A stretch of 64,000 nucleotides of DNA from Epiperipatus broadwayi (taxonomy: Eukaryota; Animalia; Onychophora), in assembly GCA_028023455.1 (NCBI GenBank), contig JAQFVV010000007.1:16864001-16928000 (forward strand). Direction: 5' to 3'. Below, one piece after another: positions 25,829 to 39,145 of the stretch. Under the pieces are notes generated by a model that did no database searches, had not been told where the DNA came from, and saw only the letters and a program-made list of their open reading frames with translations. The translations under genes and the position numbers were made by a program. Positions within the stretch are counted from its first letter, which is position 1. Each line of letters starts with the position of its first letter.

Positions 25829-26222
25829 ACAGGAATAAAAAACTAAATCTAAACACAAACTCTGAGCATTTATGAAACAGTTTCTATTCAGGTTGCAAGC
25901 GTGAATCTTTTAGACATGTAATGTCTTCAAACTCAGCATAGCAAACCCAAGTCAGATAGCTATATGGGTCTGATATCAGTTCAGCATCACCACATTTTGT
26001 TTTTCATAAATGTACCTTTGAGGTCTTTCTTGCAATGATATATATTGCAGAGGCTTCTACTATGTGGTGATTCTGAACTGATATTAGACCCATATAGCTA
26101 TCTGGATTGCTATGCTGAGTTTGAAGACATTACGTGTCTAAAAGATTCATGCTTGCAGGCTGAATAGAAACTGTTTCATAAATGCTCAGAGTTTGTGTTT
26201 AGATCTAGTTTCTTATTTCTGT

Positions 26223-26266
26223 CCTTCACTGATGATAACAAATAGCTTGAAATCATGATCTAAAGG
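26223..26266 (+). ncRNA. Hammerhead motif (family C), helix I/II substitutions
   Basis: CCUUCA-CUGAUGA-UAACAAAUAGCUU-GAAA-UCAUGAUC-UAAAGG. Confidence 0.72.
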
Positions 26267-26622
26267 TGGAACTAAAGATAGATATAGTGAATGCTTGCTC
26301 TGACATTTATGTAAACAAACATATGCTTGATGGTGTTTTTGGTAGAATGCCATCTATTGTCATAAATACAAGTGTTAGCAAGTTTTAACTTGCTTTTTGT
26401 TTTTCATAAATGCACCTTTGAGGTCTTTCTTGCAATGATATATATTGCAGAGGTTTCTACTATGTGGTGATGCTGAACTGATATCAGACCCATATAGCTA
26501 TCTGGCTTGCTATGCTGAGTTTGAAGACATTACGTGTCTAAAGGATTCACGCTTGCAAGCTGAATAGAAACCGTTTCATAAAGTCTCAGAGTTTGTGTTT
26601 AGATCTAGTTTCTTATTCCTGT

Positions 26623-26666
26623 TCTTCACTGACAATAGAAAATAGCTTGAAATCATGATCTCAAGG
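26623..26666 (+). ncRNA. Hammerhead motif (family C), core mutated
   Basis: UCUUCA-CUGACAA-UAGAAAAUAGCUU-GAAA-UCAUGAUC-UCAAGG, exactly 400 nt after the previous motif. Confidence 0.65.
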
Positions 26667-29099
26667 TGGAACTAAAGTTAGAGATAGTGAATGCTCGCTC
26701 CGACGTTTATGTAAACAAACATACGCTTGACGGTCTTTTAATTATTAAAAATTGACTTCAAGGGATATTAGTTTTTAAGAACTTAAGGTGGTTATTATTA
26801 AAATGCAGATAGCTATGGTTATCATTACTATTCCATCATCAGAGTTTCAATGGTATGGAAGGTTAAAGAGTTGCAGGGAGGAGTAGATTGTAGCCTGTTC
26901 AATAAAGTTTAAAGATTTGCTGTCTTAATATAAAACCAAGTACTAGTTATATATATATTATAATGATCCAGAGAAAAAGACTTAATGTAATCTACACTAC
27001 AGGGCGCCACTAGGCATTTGAACCTAGAAAATTTATAAAGTAGGCAGATACGTAAGTCAAAAAAAAATATTTTTTTTTATTTTAGATATTTTGATTCCGA
27101 TCGTTAGCCCATTGTCACTAGTTCAGTGGAATAGCAGAGATTTATATTTTACAATAAATTCTTATCTAAGAATATTTTAAAAAAAGAATAAAAGAAGCCA
27201 CTGCCAGTAATTATACACACAAACATTTATTAACACACATATAAATTTTGAATCATTTTAACATTACTTTTACTTTATAATTTTAACTTGATTTTAGAAT
27301 TTGATTTTACATTTTAATTTTTATAAGTTTGCATTTTAATTTTTATAAGTTCACACAGATGGATTTATAAAATGTGTTTTTAATGTTGAGTATAGATTGG
27401 TTACATAGATTACACGGTTAAAAAACATTTCAAAATAAACATAAACGATCAAAATACAAAGTCATTGATACCGTCAATTGCATAGGGAATACAAGAAAAC
27501 CAATGGTATTCATCATAAGATACCGCATTGACACCAATAACTTAAAAGACATCTGAATAAATGCATTTTAGATACTCACCGTAAGGTATCATTATTTACC
27601 GAATGTCTATATATTTTGATCAAATATGAAAACCAAAAACATAATTAACCGATAACGAATCCATGCAACATCCATACCCAACTTAAATTTAATGCATTTT
27701 TATTTAGAGTGTCGAGTATGAATAGACTACATAGATTTGCATTTGAAAGAAAATATTCTATCCTTATTTAACCTTAGACCAAATGTTCACAGCTAAACCG
27801 GCGTCAATCCATCTGATATATCGATGTGTTCAATGTAATACAAAATACGACAGCACAATTAGGTTAAGAGAAGAAATTGCTTTTTGTCAGATAGGAATAC
27901 TACCTCTATCTGATGATAAGAGCAATAAAAAAACTCCATAGGAAGGAATAGCATTCTAGTTTTATAATCCCTTCCATAGGCAAAACGGTTGTGTGCAGCG
28001 TAAACTAGCGATTCTGCCCGTAGCGAATCTCGCACTAGATCTACTAATTACACCAATATATCCAATCCATTGACCCAATTCAACTACGAAACAAATATCC
28101 TAAGATTACCCTCCCCTAGTATAACTTTACAAATCTATACAGCCATTCATGCCTGACTTAAGTTTAGCATTTATATAATTTAGTCTAACGAAAAACAAAA
28201 ATCATAATAAAAACTTAAAAGAACAACAAAAATAAATGGAAATGATTTTAAATTTAAAAAAATACATCAAATAACATTATTAATATTAATTTACATTGGT
28301 CAGATAGGATCCTATTTGTATTATTTACTAAAAGGTTTAGAATTTAGAGTTCTTATTGTTTTCAAATGAATATAAAGTTCTTACGATTTTTAATACGTCC
28401 AGCTTTATCCATTGCTTGCCACTTGAACATGAATTCCCATGCTGTCCTAAAAAGATTAGTATTCTATTGGCTGTTTTATTTATTCATCCGGAGGTTTTTT
28501 ACTTTAGCTGATCCTCAATGTAGAAAACGATGTTTCATTTTTTTTTCTTTAACAACTGAAGGAATTGAAAGTGCGTCTTTCAATCCCTTCACCTCCAACT
28601 CTCCACTAACACATATCTGTCCACTTGGAATAACTAACTAATAATTTCCAAACTTTTCCTTTTATATTAATTTTAAGGATTCAATTGACATTACGTCATC
28701 AATCTGATGGTCCTTTCGTAGAAGTCAGATTTCATTGTTTTTCTCTCCTATCTGACCTTTGCTTATACATTTTAAATGCCCAAGGGCTAGTTTATATTTA
28801 ACTAATTAAAATAATCATTTCCATTTTTCAATAACATTAATTAATTTGTTTTCAAACTTAAAGATATATTTTTATCTCTAAATCTTTTTTAAGTTTTTGC
28901 TTTTAAAATACTTTTTCTATTTTTAATAAAGTTTTATTTTAATAATTTTTTTTCATCTGTGCGATTTTATATATATATGAGTTTAGTATAGAATTTTAAT
29001 TTTCAATTTTTAATTCTTAAAAAGGAAGTTTTATTTGCGAACTTTTATTCTTTTCATGTTTACTAATAAAAAAACAATGTAACGTCATCTGTGCCCATT

Positions 29100-29320
29100 A
29101 CAATATATATATATATAAATGAGGGAGATGATAATCTGGATCAACTGATGAGTGCTGGTTTAGTACAAAATACATATATTGGGAATCATTTAACTTTTTA
29201 TATGTGTGTTCATGTGTATTGGCTGTATGAGATAGAGTCAATAGCTGAAGGGAGTTTGAAAGTCTGTGTTTAAGTCTCTTATCGTTGTATATTAGTTCTA
29301 TGAATTCTATTACTGTTAGT
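29100..29320 (+). mobile_element. Family B single unit with hammerhead motif at 29140-29183
   Basis: AUCAA-CUGAUGA-GUGCUG(GUU)UAGUAC-AAAA-UACAUAUA-UUGGG. Downstream sequence matches the 58.8-59.4 kb units. Confidence 0.75.
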
Positions 29321-30539
29321 AATTTCAACATCAAGAAAATGTGTTACTATTGTAGAAAAATTAATTGTAAATTATATACTTTTATTAACATTATTTACAT
29401 AATCTCAGAAAGTATAAAGTTTCTCTTCATTGTATGGCCATATCATAAAAATTTCAACTATAGATCTTAAGCAAATATAAGCTTTAATTCTACCATTTTT
29501 AAGTATGGAGGACTCCAGTTGGCCAATTAAAATATTGGTTAATTTGGTACCATTTTTGTTCCTATTGTACTACCTTATTTTTGTAAATAGCACGCAGAGT
29601 TAAAAACAAAATAGTTATTTTTTAAGATTAAATACATTAATTCACTAGTAGTTGTAATTTGCTGCCGATCATATTTTCTATTTTGTAAAGCAGATTTAAT
29701 ACATTCAGTTCCATTATTATACAATACTTTAATATGCAGTGATGAAATGTCTGAAGTTATTAAAAATATTCATTTGATAATTGATATTTGATGTTTTCTA
29801 AAATTGGAAAAAAGTGTGTGGTATTTTTCATAAGAATATTGTGGAATATTGTGTATAAGGCCATCAACAAATACCAAAATATTTTCTGTAGAACAACTCA
29901 AGCTTGCTTTAGTAAGGCCTTCTTGGGAAACCTGGTATATAAACTTTGAATAGAATTAAAACGTATAAGGGTGATTTGTGGGTGATTATATATATATTCT
30001 TGTCAAAAGGCTTTTGTTTTCATGCTTTTCAGGATAATTGTTACATTTTTATTTACAACTGTCTAACTCACTCCATTCACAACTTTGATGCCATCTATCT
30101 CAGATAAATACAATAATGATTATTACTAATCATTTACTAAACTAGTGATTATCTCTAGCACAGATAATGTATTTACAGGTTTTTGAAATATGGGTTTATA
30201 GAAATTTTATTATTTAAAAGAAGCAAAGCTTTGTTAAGTAGTCATCTTCCTTCCAAAGTCAAATTTTATTCACACTTAAATTTAGCATAATACATAGGAA
30301 ATCAACAAATTACAAACTGTGTTGAATACAGACTATATAACATCCCAGAAATTATAATGATTAATCAAATAAATACAACAGAAAAACAATCAATTTAGGC
30401 TGATTACACCTGTTTCAAGGAAACTGAATTAAAATGTTACAAAAACTACAAGGTAAACATTAAATAATAAACATCCCCCATACCAAGACAGATGAATCTT
30501 AAACAGAGCATAACTGACAAATAAACAAATGGAGTTCGA

Positions 30540-31130
30540 TACATACTTAAAATCATTTAGAAACTATAACCCTAAGATAATCATTCATGGAATATTACAT
30601 TAGAATAAATTGAGTATAAAGATGTAAAAGGATTACAGGAATCAGTCAACAACTGATAATATTCGTACATTAGTTTACAACAAGTATATATAACAGAAGT
30701 AAATACAATCAAATCGGTACCAAAATTTTAAGGTGAATATTAAATGGCAAAATCACCAAAGACCAAGCAACAAAAGGGGAAAAAGGAACCAGGTGAATGA
30801 GCACTACTCGGTCTATAACCTGATCTGGCTCAAAGGAAAGGTTAAATACATATGCATAAGTTATTTAAAAGTTATAACACTAAGATATTCACACATTAAA
30901 TGCATAATGTAATATTAGAATTAATTAAATATAAAAGAATAATGGATTTACAGGATTCAGTCAATAACTGATAATAGTAGGAAATAAAATCAACATCAGT
31001 GTATACAACATAAGTAAAAAACAAACCAATTGATCACCTAATTTTCCATGGGCCAGTTAAAAGGGAATAGGTGACAAATGTCAACCTATAGCCCCAACTG
31101 GCCCCAAGTCTGGTCCGCCAACCAAGGTAT
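30540..31130. repeat. Degenerate direct repeat, ~315-bp period
   Basis: gattacaggaatcagtcaacaactgataat (30631) versus gatttacaggattcagtcaataactgataat (30945). Confidence 0.65.
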
Positions 31131-32684
31131 GCAAGTTCTTTTATCCACTTCTCTTGTTTTGATGAGCAGGTTCATTTCTTTTCATAATGTCTTTTTTATA
31201 AAATAATATAATGCATATTTTTCATTTTTATATTTTGTGTGTTGTTGAATTCTAATTGCTTTCATATCCTGATAGACATTATCAATGTATGAAGTAAAAT
31301 GTTTTTCTGATGTGAAGTTATTCAATCGGATTGCATTATATTAATGGTGTTGCATGCATTTTTTGCCAAAAATTCTCTTAAACTGAGCCACCTATTATTT
31401 ATAAATTTAAGACTTTACATTCTCCTGATATGAACATGAACATAAGTCCTATTCAACCTCAACATACATAGTTTCCTAATGCTTTAATTTTCATTCATTA
31501 TTTTTATTTAATGCATTAACCAATAAGTTATATGTGTCTTTCTTATATATATATATATGAGATTTAATATAATACACAATTTTTGTACACATATTACTTT
31601 TGTATGTATTTTTTGTACAGACATATATATATATGCTTTTGTTGTTGTTGATAATAAAATAATTTAATGTTGTTTTTATTTTTGTAAAAAATAAGTAATA
31701 TATATATATCACAATGGATCATCAGTTGATTGAAAAAGATTATTAGCCTGTAGGAATTTATCTTATGTGTATATATATATAGGAATTTATCTTATATATA
31801 TATATTATAGAAAGAGAAAGAACCTTATAGAGCAAAGGAAGGTCATCTACCTTCTATGCCCTATGACCTGTTTGAATTCGCACCAGGTAACCTTAAAAAA
31901 TTTTAACTTCAAATTAAGCTTCTTTTAAAGAATGGCCTTTTACCAATTCATAAAACCATCTAATATTGGTCAGCAAATGGGTATCTATATATTATTATTT
32001 AGTGAATAAAATGAGAATGAAAAATTCTTCTTACTCTCGCCATCTGGTAATTGGTATGTTTGATGAGTAACAGTTTAGCTTTTATTGGTCTTCTATAAAG
32101 AATTAATAAAAGGCATTTGGGCCGGCATTTGTTCTATTGTCTATTGAAAAGCTGGTTTATATATATTCAAAGTTTTTTTTTTTTAATCAATTCAACATTC
32201 CACCATACTGCAACCGCCAACCAGTGCAAATTTTTTTTAACAATCAAGATCACCCTATTGAATCAACTGTTACTATAAATAATTGATATGCCTTAACCCT
32301 TAATAGCTATAGAAGATTATTATGAATAAGTTTAGCTGGTTAATCCTCTATGTTCTGTTAATAATCTCTTATATAACAATCGTTAGATACAATGGAATAT
32401 TATTGTTTTCAATTACATAAATTATTAACACTTTGGCGAAAAGGCAGATCAATTATCTACAGTAACAATCATTTCAAGAGTAATTTCAAATGTTCCACAC
32501 ACATATATATATATATATGGCAAGAGAGAAAACAAAGAGAGATTGGGGGAGAGAGAAATATGAACCAAGCAAGTTTAACGTTTTTTTAATTCATCATTTA
32601 CATATTTTTGACACAAATAATTTTTACTATTTTTTTGTTCAAAAAATGCTTTGAATTGATTTTACTTTATTCTACTTTTTTTAA

Positions 32685-33140
32685 TTACCGGCAGCAATTA
32701 CAAGGATTGTATATTCGTGGAGCCGGAAAGTAGGGTGGCTTGGCTCTGCAATGGACACATAGCGGACGTTGATGAGTTGGTTTTAAAAGTTTCTCCATCG
32801 CATAAGCCTTCCCAAGTTCATATCTTCGACATCTAGGAATATAACCTCCATAACCCTCTTTGAAGCACATCTCTGGATCAAACGGAGCTCTCAGGTAATT
32901 GATATAATTCACAGTCTGGGGATCAAAATAGGGTTGGAATTCTACCCTTCCGCTAATGCATTTGAGTGGTCTTGGAATACATGCATAATAGGGATCTTCG
33001 CAAGATGGATAAGGCGGCACTGGTACTCTGTGTGCAAAGGGACTGTTGGGGCATGGATGGAAAAACTGCGCTGTTCCGTAAATGCTATTACAAAATTGGT
33101 CTTTAATTGAGTCTTGCCTGTAGAAATCTGGTCTAACCAT
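32685..33140 (-). CDS. 151-aa Pro/Tyr/Cys-rich protein, paralog of 45997-46446; possible FAM166/CIMIP2-like microtubule inner protein
   Basis: Uninterrupted ORF from ATG 33140 (MVRPDF...YNPCNCCR), GC-richer than its flanks. The C-terminal ~110 aa are roughly half identical to the paralog by eye. Contains EGYGGYIPR. AATAAA lies at 32666-32671 (minus). The family call is tentative. Confidence 0.85.
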   Translation of the reverse strand: MVRPDFYRQDSIKDQFCNSIYGTAQFFHPCPNSPFAHRVPVPPYPSCEDPYYACIPRPLKCISGRVEFQPYFDPQTVNYINYLRAPFDPEMCFKEGYGGYIPRCRRYELGKAYAMEKLLKPTHQRPLCVHCRAKPPYFPAPRIYNPCNCCR

Positions 33141-34439
33141 GATTATTCTTTTCTTAATTAACCAGGAAATTATCTTCAACGTATTGCAATATAACAAATC
33201 AATTTACTCCAGCCATAAAAGTAATTTTTGCCTATTAAGTAGTTTGAATTAAGATTTTTACTTTTTTTTTTATGTTTATACACATATATATCTAACTTTT
33301 TTTTTTTTAAATAGTAATTTTATTTAATTTCACGAGATTTTATAATGTATTAAACAACTTTTATAGAATATTTTTAAACAATAATTAAAATTCCCATTTG
33401 ATTATCGAGATAATTAATCTTAAAAGCAAATATATAAAAGTCTAATATAAAGTATTTATCAGTGCATACAAACTCACGCACACACACATATATATATTGA
33501 GATAATCAAACTATCTATTTATCAAATATTCATTAATAAATTAATATTATAATGATAACACGTTACAAATTAAAATTAATATATAATTATATAATTGGGA
33601 AATGAAATATGGTACTACAATGTTAGAAAAGAAAATATTAATTTATTTTTCTTAAATTATACACATATATATATATTAGATTTAGATTTCTAAAAAAACT
33701 TTATAAAGAGTGACGAATTAAGGTGTTAAAGTAATAAAGACGTTATCATGCCTTTAAATAATATATCCAGAGAAGAGAGATTTTAAGATATTTGGGATAA
33801 ATATAAAAAAAAACGTTACTGCAAATTACTATTCAAAAAAAACAAATATAACAACAAGGATATGCTGATTTAAAAGACGACGTTGGCAGGAGAGACAATT
33901 GCCATTGAGTGGAAAGTGAACAATGCTAATTTTCAGTCATGTCTTCTAGTCATTAACTAAGAGATCAAGAAAAAAATTCAAGCCATTATAACCGAAACGA
34001 GGCTGGGTTCAATTAATTCACGAATTATTCAATGGTCAAATAGCGTGAGACCAAGGTTTACTGTAGTCTTTCTAATATCCAGTATGAAACTGATAATTGT
34101 TACCATTGTTTTTAATAACTTAAGTAGCTAGGCCAAGATCTTTTCGAATCTTTTTCCCTCTCTGTTTCATGGAACTACATATCATTGTCAGCCATCTTGT
34201 CAAACCTCACAAAAGAAGTAAAACTTTTAAGTCAAGAAAAGAAAAATAATTTTTTTATTATATTTGCATTAAATCATTAAGAAATTTAAGAAAACTTAAA
34301 TATGCAGAAAAACCTATAAATGTTGCAGCCGCAAGAAATTGTATCAAACAATATATATATATATATGGAATCTTATAATTAAATATTAGTAAATACGGTA
34401 ATCAAAAATTTTGAAAAGTACAAAAAATATAATCATCAC

Positions 34440-34480
34440 TTAGGAGCGCTTTCGACTATCCTCGTAGCCTTGTCAACTAA
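34440..34480 (-). ncRNA. Type-I hammerhead motif (distinct family), core mutated
   Basis: UUAG-UUGACAA-GGCUA(CGAGGA)UAGUC-GAAA-GCGCUC-CUAA. Helix II has 5 bp, helix III is the palindrome AGCGCU, and the site is CUC. Confidence 0.72.
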
Positions 34481-35889
34481 TACTTTGAAAGGTTACTATT
34501 CTGAGAATAAAACCAACAAAACATCACATGATCACTATTTCCAATGCTTACACAACTTGTTATTAACTGTAACAAACTCTCTATACAATAGTGTCACCGA
34601 GTGACACTATTGTATTCGGAGAATAATTATTCATCCATTTGATTCTAAATAAAAAAGTTATAATGGTTTTAAAAAATCTTATTTAATTTAAAATGTCTTT
34701 TTTGTTGTTGCTACTTTGAATTAATTATGACTAATTTAATGTGCATATGTAGATATCTTCCCTTTTATAATCGTTATTTATGTTCATCTAACAAACTTGA
34801 ATTATATGTGAATTCCATCTACGTTAACACGTGCCTATGTGCTAAATGTTTAGTGCAGATGTGGAGTCATAATCTCTGGAGTCAAAATCATCACAAATTA
34901 GATCTGTGTAAAGTTTTTATGAATTCCGAGGCAATAGACTGTTTCATTGTTTTATTAATTTAACATTGCAAATTAAAATAACTTTTATAAAGTTTGGTAC
35001 TGTAATACAAATGGAAAACTCTATACCCCAATATTGAGAGCATAGCCCAAGTTAGTCTCTTATGCTGCACCAGATTGAAATTTGGCTACAGTAAGAGGTT
35101 TGCTATTAACTGAAAGAAAACCCTTAGATTCCTCCTTGAAACCATAAAGAAATAAAATAAGGCAAATTAAATGTTTATTCCATAGGTACTTGTCATTGTA
35201 GTGGCTATGGTACACAACATGGACAAGTTGTTCATCAACATGCATCAGCCAGTGAAATAAGTTTATTGGCTTTTTCACTTCCTGAGTTTAAATCAAGAGT
35301 TGTTCCTCTTGGTTGGCTGATAGCTTTTAAATAATCATTTCAGTTTTTTTACAGGCAGGATAAATGTGTGTGCATGAATATTTTTATTAGATGTTTACAA
35401 TCATGACAGATTCTCAGGAGGCTATGAAGTTATAAGCCACAGCAATTTGTGGGGGGGGGAGGCAAATTGCTAAGAAAGCCTTTATTATAGACCTAGGCTG
35501 CAGCTCAATGTTGAATTTTTATTTAATTATTTACTTCAGATTACTTTTAAAATAAAAAGATTACATAAAGCAGGAGAACTTTGCATGTTTTTGTGTCTAT
35601 CAATCCATCTTTCACCATTAGTTCAATCCTACCATCCATCAGCTAAGATGTCAGACCAACTTCACAGACTACAGATAAATTGAAAACATACTTTTTTCAA
35701 GTAATCCATATAGCATAAGTTAAAATTTAACTTCATTTACATATTATTTTTAGAGATACTTAACTTCTTATAATATGTATTTAAGTATGTTTCAAACTTC
35801 TATTTTTTGCACATTACTGAGTTATATAATCACAGACATGTGAAAAAGATAAGTGATCACCAAGATGTCATTTCATACTGAATCAATAC

Positions 35890-36640
35890 TAAAAGGTTGA
35901 GATTGTTGATTGCTTAAGAGTTGAGTGTTACCATCTACATTTGTAAACCTATTAAAGCCTTGAATAATTGGTTTTAGTAAATATATATTTTGTATGGAAT
36001 TTGAAAATTATAAATGACTATTTATTAGTCTGCTTTCAGAAGAGGTTGTATTTACCTAATTGTTTAAACTTCTTTGCATTATTAATCTACACTCCTTGGT
36101 CAAGTTGCAATCTTTAGTGTCTATATAAAAATATCAGATCATAAATACTGATACCATCTTTATTGTTAAAGGTGGTTGCCTTGACTACAGGTTGATATTG
36201 TTTATTTTGATGTTTATTTATTTTGATGTTTGATTGCTTAAGGTTTGAAGGTTATCATCTACATTTATAAACCTATTAAAGCCTTGAGTAATTGGCTTTA
36301 TTGTCTTACTAAATATATATTTTATGTGTAATTTGGAAGTTACAAATGATTATTTATTCATCTACTTTCAGAATCTGCAAGTTGTAATTGCTTTCAGAGG
36401 AGGTTGTATTTATCTGATTAATGGGGTTTGTTTAAACTTCTTTGTATTATTAATCTCACACACTTGCAAACTTTAATGTCTCTATAATAATATCAGATCA
36501 TAGATAAAGGTGATACCATCTATATTATTAAAGGAGGTTCCCTTGACTACAGATTGAGATTGTTGATTACTTAAGGATTGATTGTTATCATCTACATGTA
36601 TAAACCTATTAAAGCCTTGAGTAATTGGCTTTATTGTTTT
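35890..36640. repeat. Degenerate tandem repeat, ~325-335-bp period
   Basis: aaacctattaaagccttga at 35945, 36269 and 36602. Confidence 0.8.
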
Positions 36641-36749
36641 AAGCTAGACACAAAAAAACTTAAATTTATTATTAAATGGGATATTGTTGGATTTTGGTAG
36701 TTAAATGAAAAGGTGAAAAACAATCGATTTCAAATGCAAACATGATGCA

Positions 36750-37100
36750 AATAATTCAGGTTTACAACCTAGCAAGTTTTTATTATGATGAAGAAATGGA
36801 TTATTTTTATATAGATGTATAAAATGCTTATGACCACACAAAACATTTTTAAATTGTTATGGAAGACTTTAATGCTAGAATTGGAAAATGAGAAAAAGAA
36901 GAAAGTTCTGTGGGTAAATTTGGTTATAATGATATTAGCTGGCAATCTTTGTTTTATATTAATCAAATCAGCTTAAAGTGTCACTTATTAATTCAGATGA
37001 ACTTCTAATGATTTTTGACAAGCTTGCAAATAATTGTAGGCTTATCAGATACGTAAAGTTGATAAGGTAACCTATTCTGAGAACAATCAAGTCTAAAAAC
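36750..37100 (+). mobile_element. RTE LINE apurinic-endonuclease domain fragment
   Basis: Translates IIQVY.PTS..YDEEMDYFY..VMEDFNARIGK*EKEESSVGKFG, matching the RTE YAPTS and GDFNAKIG motifs. Confidence 0.7.
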
Positions 37101-37431
37101 ATTACAAAAATAGTTTTTTTGACAAATAGATTAGCATTGATATAAGGAAAGGTGGGAATTCTTTGCAAATATATTTAAATGATTTTTTTGGGAATATGTG
37201 TTGCAAATTATTTTGGTAATATTTTCAAACTTGATTGTTCTGGAATTAGGTTATATTCTTAGCATTACATATTTAAGAAGCAATAAAAATTATTTGCAAA
37301 CTTATTAAAAATTGTTACAATTATTAACAGATATATCATTAGATAGAATGAACAAAAAATATCAAAATATTCTTCACCAGAATATTTTTTTTATAACAAA
37401 AAACGACAATATTTTCCAAAATTTGTATTAT

Positions 37432-37985
37432 ATCATCATCATCGTCATCATCATCAACCATTATCAAACCACTGCAGGATAAAGGTCTCTCCAAGTTTAA
37501 TCCATCTTCTCCGATCTTTAGCTTCTCTTCTCCACATTACCCCTGCACATTTTCTTAGTTCATCCATCCATCTTACATGTGGTCTCTTTCTGGGTCTTTT
37601 ACAATCTCTTGGAATCCAGTCTAAAATTTCAATCATCCATCTATTATCATCTCTTCTAGCAATATGTCCAGCCAAACTCCACTTCAGTCTTTTAATTCTT
37701 TCAATGATATCAGTAATATCTGTTTAATTTCTTACCCGTATATTATGTTTTCAATATCTTCTTGTTACTCCTAACATGCATCTCTCCATACTTCTTTAAG
37801 TGATCTGAAGTCTCTGAATTGCTCTTCTATTAAGTGTCCAAGTCTCAGATCCATAAGTAAGAACTGGTAAAACACATTTGTTAAAAACCTTCCTTTTCAA
37901 ACACATAGGCATATTTCCTTTTAGTATCAAGTTATTTCTACCAAAAGCACTCCAACCAAGTTTAATTCTATGATTAATTTTCTTC
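37432..37985 (-). mobile_element. RTE-clade LINE 3' fragment with (GAT)n tail
   Basis: KINHRIKLGWSAFGRN..KRKVFNKCVLPVLTYGSETW..AGHIARRDDNRW..RPHVRWMDEL. The tail reads tcatcatcatcgtcatcatcatc at 37432-37455 on the plus strand. Confidence 0.9.
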
Positions 37986-38017
37986 TTTCCAGTTTACTTT
38001 TTAATTATTCTGGGTCA

Positions 38018-38342
38018 TAATAGGAGTAAACTCTTCATATAGTAATGCTACCAAGTGCAAGACTTTGTAATCAATGGATGCATGAAGGTTTGTGCATAAA
38101 GTCACAATCTAATGCCTACTTATAAAAATAATGGATGCATGAAGATTTGTGCATAAAATCCCAATCTAATGCTTACTCATCTAACATTCCCAGATTAGTT
38201 TCTAGCTTGCAGCTTTCATCAGTGAGGAGTCTTGATTACAAAGGCTTGCACTTGGTGGCATTAATGTATGGAGAGTTTGATATTCTTAATTAACATCATA
38301 TGCAAGCATATGAAATAGTGATCATGTGATGTTTTGATGGTT
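38018..38342. mobile_element. Family A fold-back insertion with hammerhead at 38188-38228 (minus)
   Basis: UCCUCA-CUGAUGA-aAGCUgcaAGCUa-GAAA-CUAAUC-UGGGA. Arms 38028-38074 / 38232-38278. Direct repeat ttattctgggtca at 38005-38017 and 38343-38355. Confidence 0.75.
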
Positions 38343-38647
38343 TTATTCTGGGTCACTTGTAATAAGTCTTTCAATACCATGTTAATCCTTATTTAGTTTA
38401 CAGTTATTATGCTAATCTTTCTAGGTAATGGTTTCTCATTATTTTTATGCTGTAATTCATTATAATTACTTATTTATGGGCGGTCTTTCAGGTTTCCATT
38501 GTAATGTTTTCTCTAATTTCTAGGCTTACAGATCACAATGTACTTATTATGGCATAGAACAGATGACAGGTATTTTCTCTCATACACATATAGCTTTAGA
38601 TAAAGCTTTGCTATCTGAATATCCATTTCTTCCATGAGTGTCATTTC

Positions 38648-39145
38648 CAGGGCCAACCAGAGGGGAACAGGAGGGGCACTGCCTAAAACCTCACAATATT
38701 AGGGGCCTCAACTTGGCACCTCAATATGTTAAACAAAAATACAGGAGAAGGTAAAGTATTATCACAGATCATAGAATGACCTTAATTTTAGTTAAATTCC
38801 CATTTAGGGATGAATTGCCAATTTGATGACTCTGCAACAAAAGTGACTGCAACACTCCATGACCAGCAGAGGTAATAGTCTCAGCCTCCTGTCAGTCAGT
38901 TCTGTACTAACAGTGTTTTATGGTACTAACAGTACTAGAGTGAATCTACCCTATCCAAGTGCTACCTGGATCTGATCTGCTTGCTTGTTTCTGTGACTCA
39001 TATATAACTGCTCCCAGAGTCCCATTTTTCATCCTGAAAGTAAAAACTCTCATTTCTACTTTTTTTCTGTGTTCTTATTTTAAATTTTGAAGGACCTCTA
39101 AAATATTAGTTGGTCTGAACCTTGCATTTTCTCCAAAAGGCCCTG
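38648..39145. mobile_element. hAT-like MITE
   Basis: TIR CAGGGCC / GGCCCTG and a near-perfect 8-bp TSD gtcatttc / ctcatttc. Confidence 0.7.

Larger units (their letters stand above)
25649..26732. mobile_element. Hammerhead repeat family C composite: inverted unit plus two tandem units (400-bp period), 19-bp TSD
   Basis: Tandem anchors ttttcataaatg at 26001 and 26401. 25658-25994 is their reverse complement. Flanked by gtcttttaattattaaaaa at 25630-25648 and 26733-26751. Confidence 0.9.

Noticed and set aside
25630-26751. CRISPR-like or prokaryotic interpretation of the repeats and hairpin plus T-run
   Set aside because: The context is eukaryotic (LINEs, MITEs, processed pseudogene), with no short repeat-spacer array or cas genes.
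32035-32092. Possible 58-nt minus-strand exon (ag|...|gtaaga; RPIKAKLLLIKHTNYQMAR); similar micro-exon candidates at 1230-1260, ~3540-3598 and ~23600
   Set aside because: Splice-like signals are common by chance. No recognisable protein or consistent gene model could be assembled without RNA data.
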